Assembly (NCBI GenBank): GCA_964016885.1
Contig: OZ024743.1
Location: 51,026,001 to 51,090,000 of the forward strand
Source: Eledone cirrhosa
Taxonomy: Eukaryota
Direction of reading: 5' to 3'
DNA length: 64,000 nt
The translations under genes were made by a program, and so were the position numbers. This document shows positions 59,771 through 64,000 of this stretch, piece by piece (the stretch's first letter is position 1; each line of letters begins with the position of its first letter). A model generated the notes under the pieces. The model was not told where the DNA came from. It ran no database searches and saw nothing but the letters and a program-made list of their open reading frames with translations.

Positions 59771-59808
59771 CTAGCAGAAAAACCACCGTATGGGTGGTTT
59801 TCTGCTAG
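59771..59808. other. Near-perfect hairpin bounded by CTAG on both strands; Helitron-like 3' terminus
   Basis: CTAGCAGAAAAACCACC-GTATG-GGTGGTTTTCTGCTAG forms a 16-bp stem with one extra A. On the minus strand it reads hairpin + TTTCTGCTAG|T, the canonical Helitron 3' end pattern. Confidence 0.5.
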
Positions 59809-60587
59809 CATGTGTAGTGTGTATATTGATATTATACACAAATACATATGCATGTGAATATGATACATCAAATAAAATCGTAATTGACAATATACACAGA
59901 AATTGAACAAAGCCTATGTTACACTGTCTTCTGTAATCAGTAATCCATGATTTATTTTTTAAAAAAACTGCATTAGGAGAAAATTAGCGACGGAAATATA
60001 TGCGATTATAAGTGTTATAATATAACGGCTGCTAACTGGAAGTGTTGACATTTGATAATTTTAAAGAAGTGAATTTTAAAGATTAAGCTATAAAATATAT
60101 TTAATCAACAGCCACGAAATTTAGCACATAAATTATGTAATATTCATTCATTATTTATTCAAAGTAATCCAACTTATTTTACAAACAGGGTAAAAAAATA
60201 TATTCTGGACGCAATCCCGCAGACCTTCCTTTATTATAGTTAAGATTCTTTAACACTAAATCATCAAAAATTCCAGCCACAAATTTCATATAACACTAAA
60301 CAACCCTGGTTGTTGTGCCAGAGTTTATGGCTTCCTTGTCAGTTGACTGGTTGGCACTTGTATCATTGTCGTTGTTGTTGATCAGACTTTCACAAATGAG
60401 TGACTCTGTTTTGTTGTGGTCATTATTGTTGCTGCTGTTTATCTTGTTGCTGTTCATGTTGCTGCTGTCTATATTGTTGAAGTCCAAGTTTGCAATATTT
60501 TCTTTCTTGTCTGAAATTATTGTTTAATGTAACAATAAGATTTCATTCACTTTTTTCACAAATGCTGAAATCCATCAACATTTGTGC

Positions 60588-60743
60588 TTTAGGAGTTGAA
60601 GGGCTCTTCTCCCGTTTTTGTGTGTTTAGGAGTTGAAGAGCTCTGCTCCCGTTTTTGTGTTTTAGGAGTTGAAGGGCTCTGCTCCCCTTTTTGTATTTTA
60701 GGAGTTGAAGGGCTCTGTTCCCTTTTTGTGTTTTAGGAGTTGA
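60588..60743. repeat. About 36-bp minisatellite, ~4.3 copies (TTTAGGAGTTGAAGGGCTCTGCTCCCGTTTTTGTGT)
   Basis: AGGAGTTGA starts at 60591, 60628, 60664, 60700 and 60735 (periods 37, 36, 36, 35). Confidence 0.95.
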
Positions 60744-60959
60744 CCTGTCTCCTTTTAGATGTGGTACCTATATTTTTGTTTTTCAAAAGATGTTTTGAAT
60801 GTTGTTTTACCTCGATGACACCTCCATAAAGGTGTCCCTCCAAATTCAACAACCTCACCTGCAACTAGCAAATTAGTTTTCCTAAGCTTTTGTCAAGCTT
60901 AAAACAGTTAAGGTTGGTGAAAAATAAAAAGATCAGAAATGGCTTCTACCTCAGTGGTC

Positions 60960-61153
60960 AATAATAATAATAATTGTTTCTACTTTTGGCACAAGGCCAC
61001 CAATTATTCCAGTGTATTACTGGTACTTTATTTTATTGACCCCGTAAGGATGAAAGGCAAAGTTAACCTCAGCGGGATTTGAACTCAGTCCGTAAAGGGA
61101 CGTAACTGTGCTGCAAAGCATGGTGTCCGACTCTCTACCGATACTGCCAATTC
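60960..61153 (-). mobile_element. tRNA-derived SINE, copy A (downstream half of a head-to-tail dimer, slightly 5'-truncated)
   Basis: The minus strand has an A box TGGCAGTATCGG, a B box GAGTTCAAATCC, a central TTTGCCTTTCATCC...ATAAAATAAAGTACCAG block and a (TTA)n tail. It aligns by eye with copies B and C. Confidence 0.9.
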
Positions 61154-61360
61154 AATAATAATAATAATAATTGTTTCTACTTTTGGCACAAGGCCAGCAA
61201 TTATCCCAGTGCATTACTGGTACTTTATTTTATCGACCTCGTAGGGATGAAAGGCAAAGTTAAGCTCGGCGGGATTTGAACTCAGATCATTAAGGGCTGT
61301 AACTCTATGCTGCAAAGCATGGCGTCCGGCCCTCTACCGATATTGCCAATCCACCGCCCT
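61154..61360 (-). mobile_element. tRNA-derived SINE, copy B (full-length 5' end)
   Basis: The minus strand reads AGGGCGGTGGATTGGCAATATCGG...GAGTTCAAATCC...GCCTTTCATCC...GTCGATAAAATAAAGTACCAG...(TTA)n. It resembles the abundant octopus SINEs with a MetaSINE-like core (recall). Confidence 0.9.
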
Positions 61361-61369
61361 GTGGTCAAC

Positions 61370-61512
61370 AATAATAATGATAATATATAAGATAAATATT
61401 TTAGAAGTATGGGCGAAAGGTATGCTGCTTGTTGCCATCCATTTGGATACAATGCTGGGCTGTAATATAGGAACATTTTATATAGTTTATGTTTACAAGC
61501 CAAAATTACCTC
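61370..61512 (-). repeat. Inverted copy of the Penelope-like element's 3' end (inverted pseudo-LTR)
   Basis: The reverse complement of 61437-61512 matches 62823-62898 at 70/76. After a ~97-bp indel, the reverse complement of 61370-61436 matches 62996-63063 more loosely. Confidence 0.9.
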
Positions 61513-63063
61513 TGATTTTTTAAAAATAATAACCCATCTATTCAACTCGTTAATCCCACTAAGTCTGATTTAGGAAAGCTTAGTAAAAGAATTGTAGATA
61601 GGACTTTACCCCAAATTACAGATATTGATTGGTTTTGGGGCATACATAACAAGGAACAATGCCATTTTATCAATTTCGACATCAACTATTATTATTCTAT
61701 CACCTTACCACTCTTTCTTCAAACTATTAATTTTGCTAAAACTTATACAGATATTAAGAATTTTGAAGTTGTCATTTTTAATGCTCGTAAGTCTGTGATA
61801 AACTTCAACAACTTTATTTAATTAAAGAAATCAATTAGTACCCCTTTCGATGTGAGCATGGATGCCAACAATTTAGTCTATTTTTACTATTCTCAATCAA
61901 GGAAGAATTCCCCAATGTAGGTGGAGGTCTGTACTGTCATAATGGTCTTTTGAGTATAACTAAGTATGGACCTCTGAGCTATTGATAGGTTTAGAAAGAA
62001 GCTTATAGATTTTTTTAAGATTTCAACTTTTCCATTCAAGTGGATGCAAACCTCTCTATGGTGAATTTCCTTGATGTGACCCTCAATCAGTTGAATGGCC
62101 TGTACTAGCCATATAGAAAGCCCAATGGAACCTTAAACTACATTTACAAATCCTCCAACCAGCATAACTAAAAACCTAGTCAAGAATGTCTCATTGAGGC
62201 TTTCCTCTTTATTAACTAATGAGCCAATTTTCACCAACCATTCCACACTCTATAAGGAAATTCTGGCTTGGTGTGGATTTCTAAATAAGGTAGAATACAC
62301 TAAGTAGAAGCACCAAATTATGAGAAATAGATCTTGATGTATCGTAACCCACCATATAATAAATAGCCACACCAATAGCTAAATGTCATAAGATATTCAA
62401 TAAAAACACTGTTAAAATATTCTATTCCATAACTCACAACCTCGCACATAACATTACTGCATCTAACTTAGCCAAATTATATAACCATAGAAATATAGAC
62501 GATCCCAAATTCAGTTCTAGCTGTAATTGCAATAATAAGGACAACTGCCCTTTCAAGTAATATAGTTTATAGGGTCGATATTCCCTAAAAGGCTTACATG
62601 GGATTAATGGTCTGCACATTCAAGCAACTTTTATACATGTGATCTCATTCATTTAGAAATCCTTTAAGAAGGAACATGAGTTCAGTTTCGGCCTATATCT
62701 GGAGTTTAAAAGAGAAAAGCATCTTATAAAGATTACATTGAGAGATTCGAACTAAAGCTAGATCTTACAATGATCTTTGTGCTGCTGAAGCCCTGGAAAT
62801 CCTTTACACCAATGGATGTCTTGAGATAATTTTGGCTTGTAAACATAAACTGCATAAAATGTTTCTATATTACAGCGCAACATTGTATCCAAATGGATAA
62901 GACAGGTCTAGACCTCTTTTATACTATATATTTTGACATAAGTATATATGCAGATAATCACACTTGTAAGTACATACCTATATAGAGACATGTATGGCAG
63001 TGAACAGCATACCTTTAGTCCTTCTTTCTAGAATATTTACCTTATTGTTATCTTTATTATTAT
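61513..63063 (+). mobile_element. Decayed, 5'-truncated Penelope-like retroelement (Naiad-type RT + GIY-YIG) with 3' pseudo-LTR
   Basis: Collinear motifs through stops and frameshifts: QLVNPTKSDLGKLSKRIVDR (61543), IDWF (61624), CHFINFDINYYYSIT, FDVSM (61846), GLYCHNGL (61926, a decayed GLYRDDGL), VNFLDVTLN (62061), PYRKPN, NPPYN, HKIFNKNTVK (62387), CNCNNKDNCP (62522), YMG (62595), YIWSLKEK (62694), LCAAE, EIILACKHK. Confidence 0.85.
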
Positions 63064-63320
63064 CACGCAGTGCAGATTGATAATACCCTGGGGTATCTAG
63101 TGATTTATCAAGTCACAACAAGGACCTCAGACATAATACTTTCCTCAAAATGTGTGCAATGCCTAGCAAAGCCACCTTTTGTATGACACTCACCCTCTAT
63201 GGTATTCCTAGTCACTTTAAGAAGTCTTGAAGTTTCAATGGAATTGCCCCTATCACACTTTCACATTACCCTCTTGTATTCCAAATAGTCTAGCCTGTTC
63301 CACTTTCAATTCAGAGTACA
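63045..63320 (-). mobile_element. 3' fragment of an RLE-type non-LTR retrotransposon (R4/Dong-like) ending in a degenerate (TAA)n tail
   Basis: The minus strand gives YSELKVEQARLFG...VKV / VIGAIPLKLQDFLK*LGIP*RVSVIQKVALLGIAHILRKVL, matching the recalled R4/Dong C-terminus (..QKAALLGTAHILRKVL). A short 3' UTR and GATAATAATAAAGATAACAATAA follow. Confidence 0.75.
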
Positions 63321-63323
63321 TGT

Positions 63324-63557
63324 AGGGTGGTGGATTGGCAGTATCGGTAGAGTGTTGGACACCCTGCTCCGCAGCATAGAGTTACGTCCCTTTGCGGTTT
63401 GAGTTCAAATTCCACCAAGGTTAGCTTTGCCTTTCGTCCTTACAGGATTGATAAAATAAAGTACCAGCAATGCACTGGATTCAATTTAATCGACTTTCCC
63501 CCTCCCCTTCAAATTACTGGCCTTGTACTTATACTAGAAACCATTATTATTATTATT
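63324..63557 (+). mobile_element. tRNA-derived SINE, copy C (full length)
   Basis: A box TGGCAGTATCGG (63336-63347), B box GAGTTCAAATTC (63401), central TTTGCCTTTCGTCC...GATAAAATAAAGTACCAG and an (ATT)5 tail. It carries ~30 bp (TTTAATCGACTTTCCCCCTCCCC...) absent from A and B. Confidence 0.92.
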
Positions 63558-63764
63558 AACTCCATCAGTATCTATAGGTTTAAAAACATTATTCTGATTT
63601 ATAAATTTTCGATAGTATGAAAATATTTGGTTATTTTTAAAAGCAAATAAGCCTCCTGATTTTATCATAGCACGAATTAGTTCTCTTTTATTATCTCTAC
63701 ATACAAATAGTCATAACTCAAATGAACATTTTCACATGTTATCGTTATGTTTTTCTATTTTTAA

Positions 63765-63982
63765 TCCTTTAGCATTTAAACTGGCCATATCCAGCCAGAA
63801 TTCTCTCACCCCTTTCTGTTTAAACCGGCTGTAACCGGCCACTCATACTGATTTTAAGGTATTGTTCTCAAAATAATATCAAACTCTCATAGAATCGATA
63901 TTATGTGAGATATTATGTAAGGTAAAGCCTTTACCCTGAAAATATAATGGTATATAGAGAGTAATGTAAATGCTATAAAGGG
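63765..63982. mobile_element. Non-autonomous MITE with TTAA target-site duplication (piggyBac-like ends)
   Basis: TTAA|TCCTTTAGCATTTA ... TAAATGCTATAAAGGG|TTAA: imperfect ~14-bp terminal inverted repeats, with TTAA at 63761-63764 and 63983-63986. An internal direct repeat reads TTTAAACTGGCC/TTTAAACCGGCT. Confidence 0.75.
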
Positions 63983-64000
63983 TTAAAAGCAAAATTTACT

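Noticed and set aside
61282-61545. 87-aa minus-strand ORF
   Set aside because: A chimera of the inverted PLE 3' end (EVILACKHK) and the SINE head, with a non-ATG start.
63324-63415. tRNA gene
   Set aside because: A and B boxes are present, but there is no cloverleaf and it continues into a SINE core and (ATT)n tail.
62434-63620. Short ORFs 62434-62619 (-) and 63399-63620 (+)
   Set aside because: Antisense to the PLE and internal to SINE C, respectively.

Overview
Animal (probably octopod cephalopod) repetitive DNA with no intact protein-coding gene. Bases 1-58775 are one uninterrupted, extremely G+T-skewed tandem array of a 21-bp monomer with two main forms, GTGGTAGTGTTTGGGGTGGTT and GTGGTAGTGTTTGGGGTGTCT. 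The array is organised into nested higher-order duplications of about 0.46, 0.66, 1.45, 1.85, 2.7-2.95, 5.9 and 21.1 kb. The Val-rich, Gly/Cys-rich and Thr/Pro-rich ORFs in the track are translations of this satellite. The last 5.2 kb is an AT-rich pile of decayed mobile elements: a probable L1/Tx1-type ORF1 relic that runs directly into the satellite, a Helitron-like terminal hairpin, a 36-bp minisatellite, a head-to-tail tRNA-SINE dimer with a target-site duplication, a decayed Penelope-like (Naiad-type) element with an inverted pseudo-LTR, the 3' end of an R4/Dong-type retroelement, a third SINE and a TTAA-flanked MITE. The most interesting observations are the nested, templated architecture of the array and the possibility that it grew from the low-complexity tail of a dead LINE ORF1. 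Family and organism assignments come from motif recall, not database searches.
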